Positions 1 through 15,000 of a stretch of DNA of 64,000 nt are shown here, in pieces. Source of the stretch: the human T2T-CHM13v2.0 reference genome, Homo sapiens; the NCBI RefSeq assembly GCF_009914755.1, contig NC_060925.1; one strand, 5' to 3'. The first letter of the stretch is position 1, and the number at the start of each line of letters is the position of its first letter. Under the pieces are notes generated by a model that did not search any database, was not told the DNA's origin, and saw nothing but the letters and a program-made list of their open reading frames with translations. Position numbers and translations under genes: made by a program.

Positions 1-258
1 GGAATTATCGAATGCAATCGAATGGAATTATCGAATGCAATCGAATAGAATCATCGGATGGACTCGAATGGAATCATCGCATGGAATGGAATGGAACAGT
101 CAATGAACTCGAATGGAATCATCATTGAATGGAATCGAATGGAATCATCGAGTGGAATCGAATGGAATTATGATCAAATGGAATCGAATGTAATCATCAT
201 CAAATGGAATCAAAAATAACCATCATCAATTGGTATTGAATGGAATTGTCATCAAATG

Positions 259-2034
259 GAATTCAAAGGAATCATCATCAAATGGAACCGAATGGAATCC
301 TCATTGAATGGAAATGAAAGGGGTCATCATCTAATGGAATCGCATGGAATCATCATCAAATGGAATCGAATGGAATCATCATCAAATGGAATCTAATGGA
401 ATCATTGAACAGAATTGAATGGAATCGTCATCGAATGAATTGAATGCAATCATTGAATGGTCTCGAATGGAATCATCTTCTAATGGAAAGGAATGGAATC
501 ATCGCATAGAATCGAATGGAATTATCGTCGAATGGAATCGAATGGTATCAACACCAAACGGAAAAAAACGGAATTATCGAATGGAATCGAAGAGAATCTT
601 CGAACGGACCCGAATGGAATCATCTAATGGAATGGAACGGAATAATCCATGGACTCGAATGCAATCATCATCGAATGGAATCGAATGGAATCATCGAATG
701 GACTCGAATGGAATAATCATTGAACGGAATCGAATGGAATCATCATCGGATGGAAACGAATGGAATCATCATCGAATGGAAATGAAAGGAGTCATCATCT
801 AATGGAATTGCATGGAATCATCATAAAATGGAATCGAATGGAATCAACATCAAATGGAATCAAATGGAATCATTGAACGGAATTGAATGGAATCGTCATC
901 GAATGAATTGACTGCAATCATCGAATGATCTAGAATGGAATCATCTTCAAATGGAATGGAATGGAATCATCGCATAGAATCGAATGGAAGTATCATCGAA
1001 TGGAATCGAATGGAATCAACATCAAACGGAAAAAAACGGAATTATCGAATGGAATCGAAGAGAATCATCGAATGGACCCGAATGGAATCATCTAATGGAA
1101 TGGAATGGAATAATCCATGGACTCGAATGCAATCATCATCGAATGGAATCGAATGGAATCATCGAATGGACTCGAATGGAATAATCATTGAACGGAATAG
1201 AATGGAATCATCATCGGATGGAAATGAATGGAATCATCATCGAATGGAATCGAATAGAATTATGGAATGAAATCCAGTGTGATCATCATCGAATGGACCC
1301 GAATGGAATCATCATCCAACGGAAGCTAATGGAATCAACATCGAATGAATCAAATGGAAACACCATCGAATTGAAACGAATGGAATTATCATGAAATTGA
1401 AATGGATGGACTCATCATCGAATGGATTCGAATGGAATCATCGAATAAAATTGATTGAAATCATCATCGAATGGAATCGAATGGTATCATTGAATGGAAT
1501 CGAATGGAATCATCATCAGATGGAAATGAATGGAATCGTCATAGAATGGAATCGAATGGATTCATTGAATGGAATCAGATGGAATCATCGAATGGACTGG
1601 AATGGAATCATTGAATGGACTCGAAAGGGATCATGATTGAATGGAATTGAATGGAATCATCGAATGGTCTCGATTGGAATCATTATCAAATGGAATCGAA
1701 TGGAATCACCGAATAGAATCGAATGGAACAATCATCGAATGGACTCAAATGGAATTATCCTCCAATGGAATGGAATGGAATTATCGAATGCAATCGAATG
1801 GAATTATCGAATGCAATCGAATAGAATCATCGAATGGACTCGAATGGAATCATCGAATGGAATGGAATGGAACAGTCAATGAACTCGAATGGAATCATCA
1901 TTGAATGGAATCGAATGGAATCATCGAGTGGAATCGAATGGAATTATGATCAAATGGAATCGAATGTAATCATCATCAAATGGAATCAAAAATAACCATC
2001 ATCAATTGGTATTGAATGGAATTGTCATCAAATG
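259..2034 (+). repeat. Canonical 1776-bp higher-order unit (EcoRI to EcoRI)
   Basis: GAATTC at 259 and 2035; equivalent ORF starts at 419 and 2195 are 1776 apart. Confidence 0.95.
306..1249 (+). repeat. Internal tandem duplication of a 468-bp module (copies A and B) within the 1776-bp unit
   Basis: GAATGGAAATGAAAGG at 306 and 774; CAAACGGAAAAAAACGG and TAATCCATGGACTCG each occur twice, 468 apart. Diagnostic differences: A has TTCTAATGGAAAGG, GGTATCAACACC, ATCTTCGAACGG; B has TTCAAATGGAATGG, GGAATCAACATC, ATCATCGAATGG. Confidence 0.93.
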
Positions 2035-3097
2035 GAATTCAAAGGAATCATCATCAAATGGAACCGAATGGAATCCTCATTGAATGGAAATGAAAGGGGT
2101 CATCATCTAATGGAATCGCATGATATCATCATCAAATGGAATCGAATGGAATCATCATCAAATGGAATCTAATGGAATCATTGAACAGAATTGAATGGAA
2201 TCGTCATCGAATGAATTGAATGCAATCATCGAATGGTCTCGAATGGATTCATCTTCTAATGGAAAGGAATGGAATCATCGCATAGAATCGAATGGAATTA
2301 TCATCGAATGGAATCGAATGGTATCAACACCAAACGGAAAAAAACGGAATTATCGAATGGAATCGAAGAGAATCTTCGAACGGAACCGAATGGAATCATC
2401 TAATGGAATGGAATGGAATAATCCATGGACTCGAATGCAATCATCATCGAATGGAATCGAATGGAATCATCGAATGGACTCGAATGGAATAATCATTGAA
2501 CGGAATCGATTGGAATCATCATCGGATGGAAACGAATGGAATCATCATCGAATGGAAATGAAAGGAGTCATCATCTAATGGAATTGCATGGAATCATCAT
2601 AAAATGGAATCGAATGGAATCAACATCAAATGGAATCAAATGGAATCATTGAACGGAATTGAATGGAATCGTCATCGAATGAATTGACTGCAATCATCCA
2701 ATGGTCTCGAATGGAATCATCTTCAAATGGAATGGAATGGAATCATCGCATAGAATCGAATGGAATTATCACCGAATGGAATCGAATGGAATCAACATCA
2801 AACGGAAAAAAACGGAATTATCGAATGGAATCGAAGAGAATCATCGAATGGACCCGAATGGAATCATCTAATGGAATGGAATGGAATAATCCATGGACTC
2901 GAATGCAATCATCATCGAATGGAATCGAATGGAATCATCGAATGAACTCGAATGGAATCATCATTGAATGGAATCGAATGGAATCATCGAGTGGAATCGA
3001 ATGGAATTATGATCAAATGGAATCGAATGTAATCATCATCAAATGGAATCAAAAATAACCATCATCAATTGGTATTGAATGGAATTGTCATCAAATG
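2035..3097 (+). repeat. 1063-bp truncated unit (713-bp deletion), copy 1
   Basis: Spacing 2195 to 3258; junction CATCGAATG|AACTCGAATGG near 2944 joins module B to the distal part of the unit. Confidence 0.9.
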
Positions 3098-4873
3098 GAA
3101 TTCAAAGGAATCATCATCAAATGGAACCGAATGGAATCCTCATTGAATGGAAATGAAAGGGGTCATCATCTAATGGAATCGCATGGAATCATCACCAAAT
3201 GGAATCGAATGGAATCATCATCAAATGGAATCTAATGGAATCATTGAACAGAATTGAATGGAATCGTCATCAAATGAATTGAATGCAATCATCGAATGGT
3301 CTCGAATGGAATCATCTTCTAATGGAAAGGAATGGAATCATCGCATAGAATCGAATGGAATTATCATCGAATGGAATCGAATGGTATCAACACCAAACGG
3401 AAAAAAACGGAATTATCGAATGGAATCGAAGAGAATCTTCGAACGGACCCGAATGGAATCATCTAATGGAATGGAATGGAATAATCCATGGACTCGAATG
3501 CAATCATCATCGAATGGAATCGAATGGAATCATCGAATGGACTCGAATGGAATAATCATTGAACGGAATCGAATGGAATCATCATCGGATGGAAACGAAT
3601 GGAATCATCATCGAATGGAAATGAAAGGAGTCATCATCTAATGCAATTGCATGGAATCATCATAAAATGGAATCGAATGGAATCAACATCAAATGGAATC
3701 AAATGGAATCATTGAACGGAATTGAATGGAATCGTCATCGAATGAATTGACTGCAATCATCGAATGGTCTCGAATGGAATCATCTTCAAATGGAATGGAA
3801 TGGAATCATCGCATAGAATCGAATGGAATTATCATCGAATGGAATCGAATGGAATCAACATCAAACGGAAAAAAACGGAATTATCGAATGGAATCGAAGA
3901 GAATCATCGAATGGACCCGAATGGAATCATCTAATGGAATGGAATGGAATAATCCATGGACTCGAATGCAATCATCATCGAATGGAATCGAATGGAATCA
4001 TCGAATGGACTCGAATGGAATAATCATTGAACGGAATCGAATGGAATCATCATCAGATGGAAATGAATGGAATCATCATCGAATGGAATCGAATACAATT
4101 ATGGAATGAAATCCAGTGTGATCATCATCGAATGGACCCGAATGGAATCATCATCCAACGGAAGCTAATGGAATCAACATCGAATGAATCAAATGGAAAC
4201 ACCATCGAATTGAAACGAATGGAATTATCATGAAATTGAAATGGATGGACTCATCATCGAATGGATTCGAATGGAATCATCGAATAAAATTGATTGAAAT
4301 CATCATCGAATGGAATCGAATGGTATCATTGAATGGAATCGAATGGAATCATCATCAGATGGAAATGAATGGAATCGTCATAGAATGGAATCGAATGGAT
4401 TCATTGAATGGAATCAGATGGAATCATCGAATGGACTGGAATGGAATCATTGAATGGACTCAAAAGGGATCATGATTGAATGGAATTGAATGGAATCATC
4501 GAATGGTCTCGATTGGAATCATTATCAAATGGAATCGAATGGAATCACCGAATAGAATCGAATGGAACAATCATCGAATGGACTCAAATGGAATTATCCT
4601 CAAATGGAATCGAATGGAATTATCGAATGCAATCGAATGGAATTATCGAATGCAATCGAATAGAATCATCGAATGGACTCGAATGGAATCATCGAATGGA
4701 ATGGAATGGAACAGTCAATGAACTCGAATGGAATCATCATTGAATGGAATCGAATGGAATCATCGAGTGGAATCGAATGGAATTATGATCAAATGGAATC
4801 GAATGTAATCATCATCAAATGGAATCAAAAATAACCATCATCAATTGGTATTGAATGGAATTGTCATCAAATG

Positions 4874-5936
4874 GAATTCAAAGGAATCATCATCAAATGG
4901 AACCGAATGGAATCCTCATTGAATGGAAATGAAAGGGGTCATCATCTAATGGAATCGCATGGAATCATCATCAAATGGAATCGAATGGAATCATCATCAA
5001 ATGGAATCTAATGGAATCATTGAACAGAATTGAATGGAATCGTCATCGAATGAATTGAATGCAATCATCGAATGGTCTCGAATGGAATCATCTTCTAATG
5101 GAAAGGAATGGAATCATCGCATAGAATCGAATGGAATTATCATCGAATGGAATCGAATGGTATCAACACCAAACGGAAAAAAACGGAATTATCGAATGGA
5201 ATCGAAGAGAATCTTCGAACGGACCCGAATGGAATCATCTAATGGAATGGAATGGAATAATCCATGGACTCGAATGCAATCATCATCGAATGGAATCGAA
5301 TGGAATCATCGAATGGACTCGAATGGAATAATCATTGAACGGAATCGAATGGAATCATCATCGGATGGAAACGAATGGAATCATCATCGAATGGAAATGA
5401 AAGGAGTCATCATCTAATGCAATTGCATGGAATCATCATAAAATGGAATCGAATGGAATCAACATCAAATCGAATCAAACGGAATCATTGAACGGAATTG
5501 AATGGAATCGTCATCGAATGAATTGACTGCAATCATCGAATGGTCTCGAATGGAATCATCTTCAAATGGAATGGAATGGAATCATCGCATAGAATCGAAT
5601 GGAATTATCACCGAATGGAATCGAATGGAATCAACATCAAACGGAAAAAAACGGAATTATCGAATGGAATCGAAGAGAATCATCGAATGGACCCGAATGG
5701 AATCATCTAATGGAATGGAATGGAATAATCCATGGACTCGAATGCAATCATCATCGAATGGAATCGAATGGAATCATCGAATGAACTCGAATGGAATCAT
5801 CATTGAATGGAATCGAATGGAATCATCGAGTGGAATCGAATGGAATTATGATCAAATGGAATCGAATGTAATCATCATCAAATGGAATCAAAAATAACCA
5901 TCATCAATTGGTATTGAATGGAATTGTCATCAAATG
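4874..5936 (+). repeat. 1063-bp truncated unit, copy 2
   Basis: Spacing 5034 to 6097; identical junction near 5783, exactly 2839 bp from copy 1. Confidence 0.9.
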
Positions 5937-7712
5937 GAATTCAAAGGAATCATCATCAAATGGAACCGAATGGAATCCTCATTGAATGGAAATGAAAGGG
6001 GTCATCATCTAATGGAATCGCATGGAATCATCACCAAATGGAATCGAATGGAATCATCATCAAATGGAATCTAATGGAATCATTGAACAGAATTGAATGG
6101 AATCGTCATCAAATGAATTGAATGCAATCATCGAATGGTCTCGAATGGAATCATCTTCTAATGGAAAGGAATGGAATCATCGCATAGAATCGAATGGAAT
6201 TATCATCGAATGCAATCGAATGGTATCAACACCAAACGGAAAAAAACGGAATTATCGAATGGAATCGAAGAGAATCTTCGAACGGACCCGAATGGAATCA
6301 TCTAATGGAATGGAATGGAATAATCCATGGACTCGAATGCAATCATCATCGAATGGAATCGAATGGAATCATCGAATGGACTCGAATGGAATAATCATTG
6401 AACGGAATCGAATGGAATCATCATCGGATGGAAACGAATGGAATCATCATCGAATGGAAATGAAAGGAGTCATCATCTAATGCAATTGCATGGAATCATC
6501 ATAAAATGGAATCGAATGGAATCAACATCAAATGGAATCAAATGGAATCATTGAACGGAATTGAATGGAATCGTCATCGAATGAATTGACTGCAATCATC
6601 GAATGGTCTCGAATGGAATCATCTTCAAATGGAATGGAATGGAATCATCGCATAGAATCGAATGGAATTATCATCGAATGGAATCGAATGGAATCAACAT
6701 CAAACGGAAAAAAACGGAATTATCGAATGGAATCGAAGAGAATCATCGAATGGACCCGAATGGAATCATCTAATGGAATGGAATGGAATAATCCATGGAC
6801 TCGAATGCAATCATCATCGAATGGAATCGAATGGAATCATCGAATGGACTCGAATGGAATAATCATTGAACGGAATCGAATGGAATCATCATCAGATGGA
6901 AATGAATGGAATCATCATCGAATGGAATCGAATACAATTATGGAATGAAATCCAGTGTGATCATCATCGAATGGACCCGAATGGAATCATCATCCAACGG
7001 AAGCTAATGGAATCAACATCGAATGAATCAAATGGAAACACCATCGAATTGAAACGAATGGAATTATCATGAAATTGAAATGGATGGACTCATCATCGAA
7101 TGGATTCGAATGGAATCATCGAATAAAATTGATTGAAATCATCATCGAATGGAATCGAATGGTATCATTGAATGGAATCGAATGGAATCATCATCAGATG
7201 GAAATGAATGGAATCGTCATAGAATGGAATCGAATGGATTCATTGAATGGAATCAGATGGAATCATCGAATGGACTGGAATGGAATCATTGAATGGACTC
7301 AAAAGGGATCATGATTGAATGGAATTGAATGGAATCATCGAATGGTCTCGATTGGAATCATTATCAAATGGAATCGAATGGAATCACCGAATAGAATCGA
7401 ATGGAACAATCATCGAATGGACTCAAATGGAATTATCCTCAAATGGAATCGAATGGAATTATCGAATGCAATCGAATGGAATTATCGAATGCAATCGAAT
7501 AGAATGATCGAATGGACTCGAATGGAATCATCGAATGGAATGCAATGGAACAGTCAATGAACTCGAATGGAATCATCATTGAATGGAATCGAATGGAATC
7601 ATCGATTGGAATCGAATGGAATTATGATCAAATGGAATCGAATGTAATCCTCATCAAATGGAATCAAAAATAACCATCATCAATTGGTATTGAATGGAAT
7701 TGTCATCAAATG

Positions 7713-9016
7713 GAATTCAAAGGAATCATCATCAAATGGAACCGAATGGAATCCTCATTGAATGGAAATGAAAGGGGTCATCATCTAATGGAATTGCATG
7801 GAATCATCATCAAATGGAATCGAATGGAATCAACATCAAATGGAATCAAATGGAATCATTGAACGGAATTGAATGGAATCGTCATCGAATGAATTGACTG
7901 CAATCATCGAATGGTCTCGGAATCATCTTCAAATGGAATGGAATGGAATCATCGCATAGAATCGAATGGAATTATCATCGAATGGAATCGAATGGAATCA
8001 ACATCAAACGGAAAAAAACGGAATTATCGAATGGAATCGAAGAGAATCATCGAATGGACCCGAATGGAATCATCTAATGGAATGGAATAGAATAATCCAT
8101 GGACTCGAATGCAATCATCATCGAATGGAATCGAATGGAATCATCGAATGGACTCGAATGGAATAATCATTGAACGGAATCGAATGGAATCATCATCGGA
8201 TGGAAATGAATGGAATCATCATCGAATGGAATCGAATAGAATTATGGAATGAAATCCAGTGTGATCATCATCGAATGGACCCGAATGGAATCATCATCCA
8301 ACGGAAGCTAATGGAATCAACATCGAATGAATCGAATGGAAACACCATCGAATTGAAACGAATGGAATTATCATGAAATTGAAATGGATGGACTCATCAT
8401 CGAATGGATTCGAATGGAATCATCGAATAAAATTGATTGAAATCATCATCGAATGGAATCGAATGGTATCATTGAATGGAATCGAATGGAATCATCATCA
8501 GATGGAAATGAATGGAATCGTCATAGAATGGAATCGAATGGATTCATTGAATGGAATCAGATGGAATCATCGAATGGACTGGAATGGAATCATTGAATGG
8601 ACTCGAAAGGGATCATGATTGAATGGAATTGAATGGAATCATCGAATGGTCTCGATTGGAATCATTATCAAATGGAATCGAATGGAATCACCGAATAGAA
8701 TCGAATGGAACAATCATCGAATGGACTCAAATGGAATTATCCTCAAATGGAATCGAATGGAATTATCGAATGCAATCGAATGGAATTATCGAATGCAATC
8801 GAATAGAATCATCGAATGGACTCGAATGGAATCATCGAATGGAATGGAATGGAACAGTCAATGAACACGAATGGAATCATCATTGAATGGAATCGAATGG
8901 AATCATCGAGTGGAATCGAATGGAATTATGATCAAATGGAATCGAATGTAATCATCATCAAATGGAATCAAAAATAACCATCATCAATTGGTATTGAATG
9001 GAATTGTCATCAAATG
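7713..9016 (+). repeat. 1304-bp unit: single 468-bp module plus a 4-bp deletion
   Basis: A B-type module starts at 7873 where A is expected; GGTCTCGGAATC near 7913-7924 lacks AATG; next A start is 9177. Confidence 0.88.
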
Positions 9017-12000
9017 GAATTCAAAGGAATCATCATCAAATGGAACCGAATGGAATCCTCATTGAATGGAAATGAAAGGGGTCATCATCTAATGGAATCG
9101 CATGGAATCATCACCAAATGGAATCGAATGGAATCATCATCAAATGGAATCTAATGGAATCATTGAACAGAATTGAATGGAATCGTCATCAAATGAATTG
9201 AATGCAATCATCGAATGGTCTCGAATGGAATCATCTTCTAATGGAAAGGAATGGAATCATCGCATAGAATCGAATGGAATTATCATCGAATGGAATCGAA
9301 TGGTATCAACACCAAACGGAAAAAAACGGAATTATCAAATGGAATCGAAGAGAATCTTCGAACGGACCCGAATGGAATCATCTAATGGAATGGAATGGAA
9401 TAATCCATGGACTCGAATGCAATCATCATCGAATGGAATCGAATGGAATCATCGAATGGACTCGAATGGAATAATCATTGAACGGAATCGAATGGAATCA
9501 TCATCGGATGGAAACGAATGGAATCATCATCGAATGGAAATGAAAGGAGTCATCATCTAATGCAATTGCATGGAATCATCATCAAATGGAATCGAATGGA
9601 ATCAACATCAAATGGAATCTAATGGAATCATTGAACAGAATTGAATGGAATCGTCATCGAATGAATTGACTGCAATCATCGAATGGTCTCGAATGGAATC
9701 ATCTTCAAATGGAATGGAATGGAATCATCGCATAGAATCGAATGGAATTATCATCGAATGGAATCGAATGGAATCAACATCAAACGGAAAAAAACGGAAT
9801 TATCGAATGGAATCGAAGAGAATCATCGAATGGACCCGAATGGAATCATCTAATGGAATGGAATGGAATAATCCATGGACTCGAATGCAATCATCATCGA
9901 ATGGAATCGAATGGAATCATCGAATGGACTCGAATGGAATAATCATTGAACGGAATCGAATGGAATCATCATCAGATGGAAATGAATGGAATCATCATCG
10001 AATGGAATCGAATAGAATTATGGAATGAAATCCAGTGTGATCATCATCGAATGGACCCGAATGGAATCATCATCCAACGGAAGCTAATGGAATCAACATC
10101 GAATGAATCAAATGGAAACACCATCGAATTGAAACGAATGGAATTATCATGAAATTGAAATGGATGGACTCATCATCGAATGGATTCGAATGGAATCATC
10201 GAATAAAATTGATTGAAATCATCATCGAATGGAATCGAATGGTATCATTGAATGGAATCGAATGGAATCATCATCAGATGGAAATGAATGGAATCGTCAT
10301 AGAATGGAATCGAATGGATTCATTGAATGGAATCAGATGGAATCATCGAATGGACTGGAATGGAATCATTGAATGGACTCAAAAGGGATCATGATTGAAT
10401 GGAATTGAATGGAATCATCGAATGGTCTCGATTGGAATCATTATCAAATGGAATCGAATGGAATCACCGAATAGAATCGAATGGAACAATCATCGAATGG
10501 ACTCAAATGGAATTATCCTCAAATGGAATCGAATGGAATTATCGAATGCAATCGAATGGAATTATCGAATGCAATCGAATAGAATGATCGAATGGACTCG
10601 AATGGAATCATCGAATGGAATGCAATGGAACAGTCAATGAACTCGAATGGAATCATCATTGAATGGAATCGAATGGAATCATCGATTGGAATCGAATGGA
10701 ATTATGATCAAATGGAATCGAATGTAATCCTCATCAAATGGAATCAAAAATAACCATCATCAATTGGTATTGAATGGAATTGTCATCAAATGGAATTCAA
10801 AGGAATCATCATCAAATGGAACCGAATGGAATCCTCATTGAATGGAAATGAAAGGGGTCATCATCTAATGGAATCGCATGGAATCATCATCAAATGGAAT
10901 CGAATGGAATCATCATCAAATGGAATCTAATGGAATCATTGAACAGAATTGAATGGAATCGTCATCGAATGAATTGAATGCAATCATCGAATGGTCTCGA
11001 ATGGAATCATCTTCTAATGGAAAGGAATGGAATCATCGCATAGAATCGAATGGAATTATCATCGAATTTAATGGAATGGAATCAACATCAAACGGAAAAA
11101 AACGGAATTATCGAATGGAATCGAAGAGAATCTTCGAACGGACCCGAATGGAATCATCTAATGGAATGGAATGGAATAATCCATGGACTCGAATGCAATC
11201 ATCATCGAATGGAATCGAATGGAATCATCGAATGGACTCGAATGGAATAATCATTGAACGGAATCGAATGGAATCATCATCGGATGGAAACGAATGGAAT
11301 CATCATCGAATGGAAATGAAAGGAGTCATCATCTAATGGAATTGCATGGAATCATCATAAAATGGAATCGAATGGAATCAACATCAAATGGAATCAAATG
11401 GAATCATTGAACGGAATTGAATGGAATCGTCATCGAATGAATTGACTGCAATCATCCAATGGTCTCGAATGGAATCATCTTCAAATGGAATGGAATGGAA
11501 TCATCGCATAGAATCGAATGGAATTATCATCGAATGGAATCGAATGGAATCAACATCAAACGGAAAAAAACGGAATTATCGAATGGAATCGAAGAGAATC
11601 ATCGAATGGACCCGAATGGAATCATCTAATGGAATGGAATGGAATAATCCATGGACTCGAATGCAATCATCATCGAATGGAATCGAATGGAATCATCGAA
11701 TGGACTCGAATGGAATAATCATTGAACGGAATCGAATGGAATCATCATCGGATGGAAATGAATGGAATCATCATCGAATGGAATCGAATAGAATTATGGA
11801 ATGAAATCCAGTGTGATCATCATCGAATGGACCCGAATGGAATCATCATCCAACGGAAGCTAATGGAATCAACATCGAATGAATCGAATGGAAACACCAT
11901 CAAATTGAAACGAATGGAATTATCATGAAATTGAAATGGATGGACTCATCATCGAATGGATTCGAATGGAATCATGGAATAAAATTGATGGAAATCATCA

Positions 12001-15000
12001 TCCAATGGAATCGAATGGTATCATTGAATGGAATCGAATGGAATCATCATCAGATGGAAATGAATGGAATCGTCATAGAATGGAATCGAATGGATTCATT
12101 GAATGGAATCAGATGGAATCATCGAATGGACTGGAATGGAATCATTGAATGGACTCGAAAGGGATCATGATTGAATGGAATTGAATGGAATCATCGAATG
12201 GTCTCGATTGGAATCATTATCAAATGGAATCGAATGGAATCACCGAATAGAATCGAATGGAACAATCATCGAATGGACTCAAATGGAATTATCCTCCAAT
12301 GGAATGCAATGGAATTATCGAATGCAATCGAATGGAATTATCGAATGCAATCGAATAGAATCATCGAATGGACTCGAATGGAATCATCGAATGGAATGGA
12401 ATGGAACAGTCAATGAACTCGAATGGAATCATCATTGAATGGAATCGAATGGAATCATCGAGTGGAATCGAATGGAATTATGATCAAATGGAATCGAATG
12501 TAATCATCATCAAATGGAATCAAAAATAACCATCATCAATTGGTATTGAATGGAATTGTCATCAAATGGAATTCAAAGGAATCATCATCAAATGGAACCG
12601 AATGGAATCCTCATTGAATGGAAATGAAAGGGGTCATCATCTAATGGAATCGCATGGAATCATCATCAAATGGAATCGAATGGAATCATCATCAAATGGA
12701 ATCTAATGGAATCATTGAACAGAATTGAATGGAATCGTCATCGAATGAATTGAATGCAATCATCGAATGGTCTCGAATGGAATCATCTTCTAATGGAAAG
12801 GAATGGAATCATCGCATAGAATCGAATGGAATTATCATCGAATGGAGTCGAATGGTATCAACACCAAACGGAAAAAAACGGAATTATCGAATGGAATCGA
12901 AGAGAATCTTCGAACGGACCCGAATGGAATCATCTAATGGAATGGAATGGAATAATCCATGGACTCGAATGCAATCATCATCGAATGGAATCGAATGGAA
13001 TCATCGAATGGACTCGAATGGAATAATCATTGAACGGAATCGATTGGAATCATCATCGGATGGAAACGAATGGAATCATCATCGAATGGAAATGAAAGGA
13101 GTCATCATCTAATGGAATTGCATGGAATCATCATAAAATGGAATCGAATGGAATCAACATCAAATGGAATCAAATGGAATCATTGAACGGAATTGAATGG
13201 AATCGTCATCGAATGAATTGACTGCAATCATCCAATGGTCTCGAATGGAATCATCTTCAAATGGAATGGAATGGAATCATCGCATAGAATCGAATGGAAT
13301 TATCATCGAATGGAATCGAATGGAATCAACATCCAACGGAAAAAAACGGAATTATCGAATGGAATCGAAGAGAATCATCGAATGGACCCGAATGGAATCA
13401 TCTAATGGAATGGAATGGAATAATCCATGGACTCGAATGCAATCATCATCGAATGGAATCGAATGGAATCATCGAATGGACTCGAATGGAATAATCATTG
13501 AACGGAATCGAATGGAATCATCATCGGATGGAAATGAATGGAATCATCATCGAATGGAATCGAATAGAATTATGGAATGAAATCCAGTGTGATCATCATC
13601 GAATGGACCCGAATGGAATCATCATCCAACGGAAGCTAATGGAATCAACATCGAATGAATCGAATGGAAACACCATCGAATTGAAACGAATGGAATTATC
13701 ATGAAATTGAAATGGAAGGACTCATCATCGAATGGATTCGAATGGAATCATCGAATAAAATTGATTGAAATCATCATCGAATGGAATCGAATGGTATCAT
13801 TGAATGGAATCGAATGGAATCATCATCAGATGGAAATGAATGGAATCGTCATAGAATGGAATCGAATGGATTCATTGAATGGAATCAGATGGAATCATCG
13901 AATGGACTGGAATGGAATCATTGAATGGACTCGAAAGGGATCATGATTGAATGGAATTGAATGGAATCATCGAATGGTCTCGATTGGAATCATTATCAAA
14001 TGGAATCGAATGGAATCACCGAATAGAATCGAATGGAACAATCATCGAATGGACTCAAATGGAATTATCCTCAAATGGAATCGAATGGAATTATCGAATG
14101 CAATCGAATGGAATTATCGAATGCAATCGAATAGAATCATCGAATGGACTCGAATGGAATCATCGAATGGAATGGAATGGAACAGTCAATGAACACGAAT
14201 GGAATCATCATTGAATGGAATCGAATGGAATCATCGAGTGGAATCGAATGGAATTATGATCAAATGGAATCGAATGTAATCATCATCAAATGGAATCAAA
14301 AATAACCATCATCAATTGGTATTGAATGGAATTGTCATCAAATGGAATTCAAAGGAATCATCATCAAATGGAACCGAATGGAATCCTCATTGAATGGAAA
14401 TGAAAGGGGTCATCATCTAATGGAATCGCATGGAATCATCACCAAATGGAATCGAATGGAATCATCATCAAATGGAATCTAATGGAATCATTGAACAGAA
14501 TTGAATGGAATCGTCATCAAATGAATTGAATGCAATCATCGAATGGTCTCGAATGGAATCATCTTCTAATGGAAAGGAATGGAATCATCGCATAGAATCG
14601 AATGGAATTATCATCGAATGGAATCGAATGGTATCAACACCAAACGGAAAAAAACGGAATTATCGAATGGAATCGAAGAGAATCTTCGAACGGACCCGAA
14701 TGGAATCATCTAATGGAATGGAATGGAATAATCCATGGACTCGAATGCAATCATCATCGAATGGAATCGAATGGAATCATCGAATGGACTCGAATGGAAT
14801 AATCATTGAACGGAATCGAATGGAATCATCATCGGATGGAAACGAATGGAATCATCATCGAATGGAAATGAAAGGAGTCATCATCTAATGCAATTGCATG
14901 GAATCATCATAAAATGGAATCGAATGGAATCAACATCAAATGGAATCAAATGGAATCATTGAACGGAATTGAATGGAATCGTCATCGAATGAATTGACTG

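Noticed and set aside
555-572. CAAACGGAAAAAAACGG A-run as a retroposon tail or terminator
   Set aside because: It is a 7-A run occupying a diverged monomer position in every 468-bp module, with no element body, target-site duplication or hairpin.
1447-1460. AATAAA (GAATAAAATTG, immediately upstream) as a polyadenylation signal, once per unit
   Set aside because: The hexamer is expected by chance in A-rich satellite, no GU/U-rich downstream element follows, and it cannot be supported without transcript 3'-end data.
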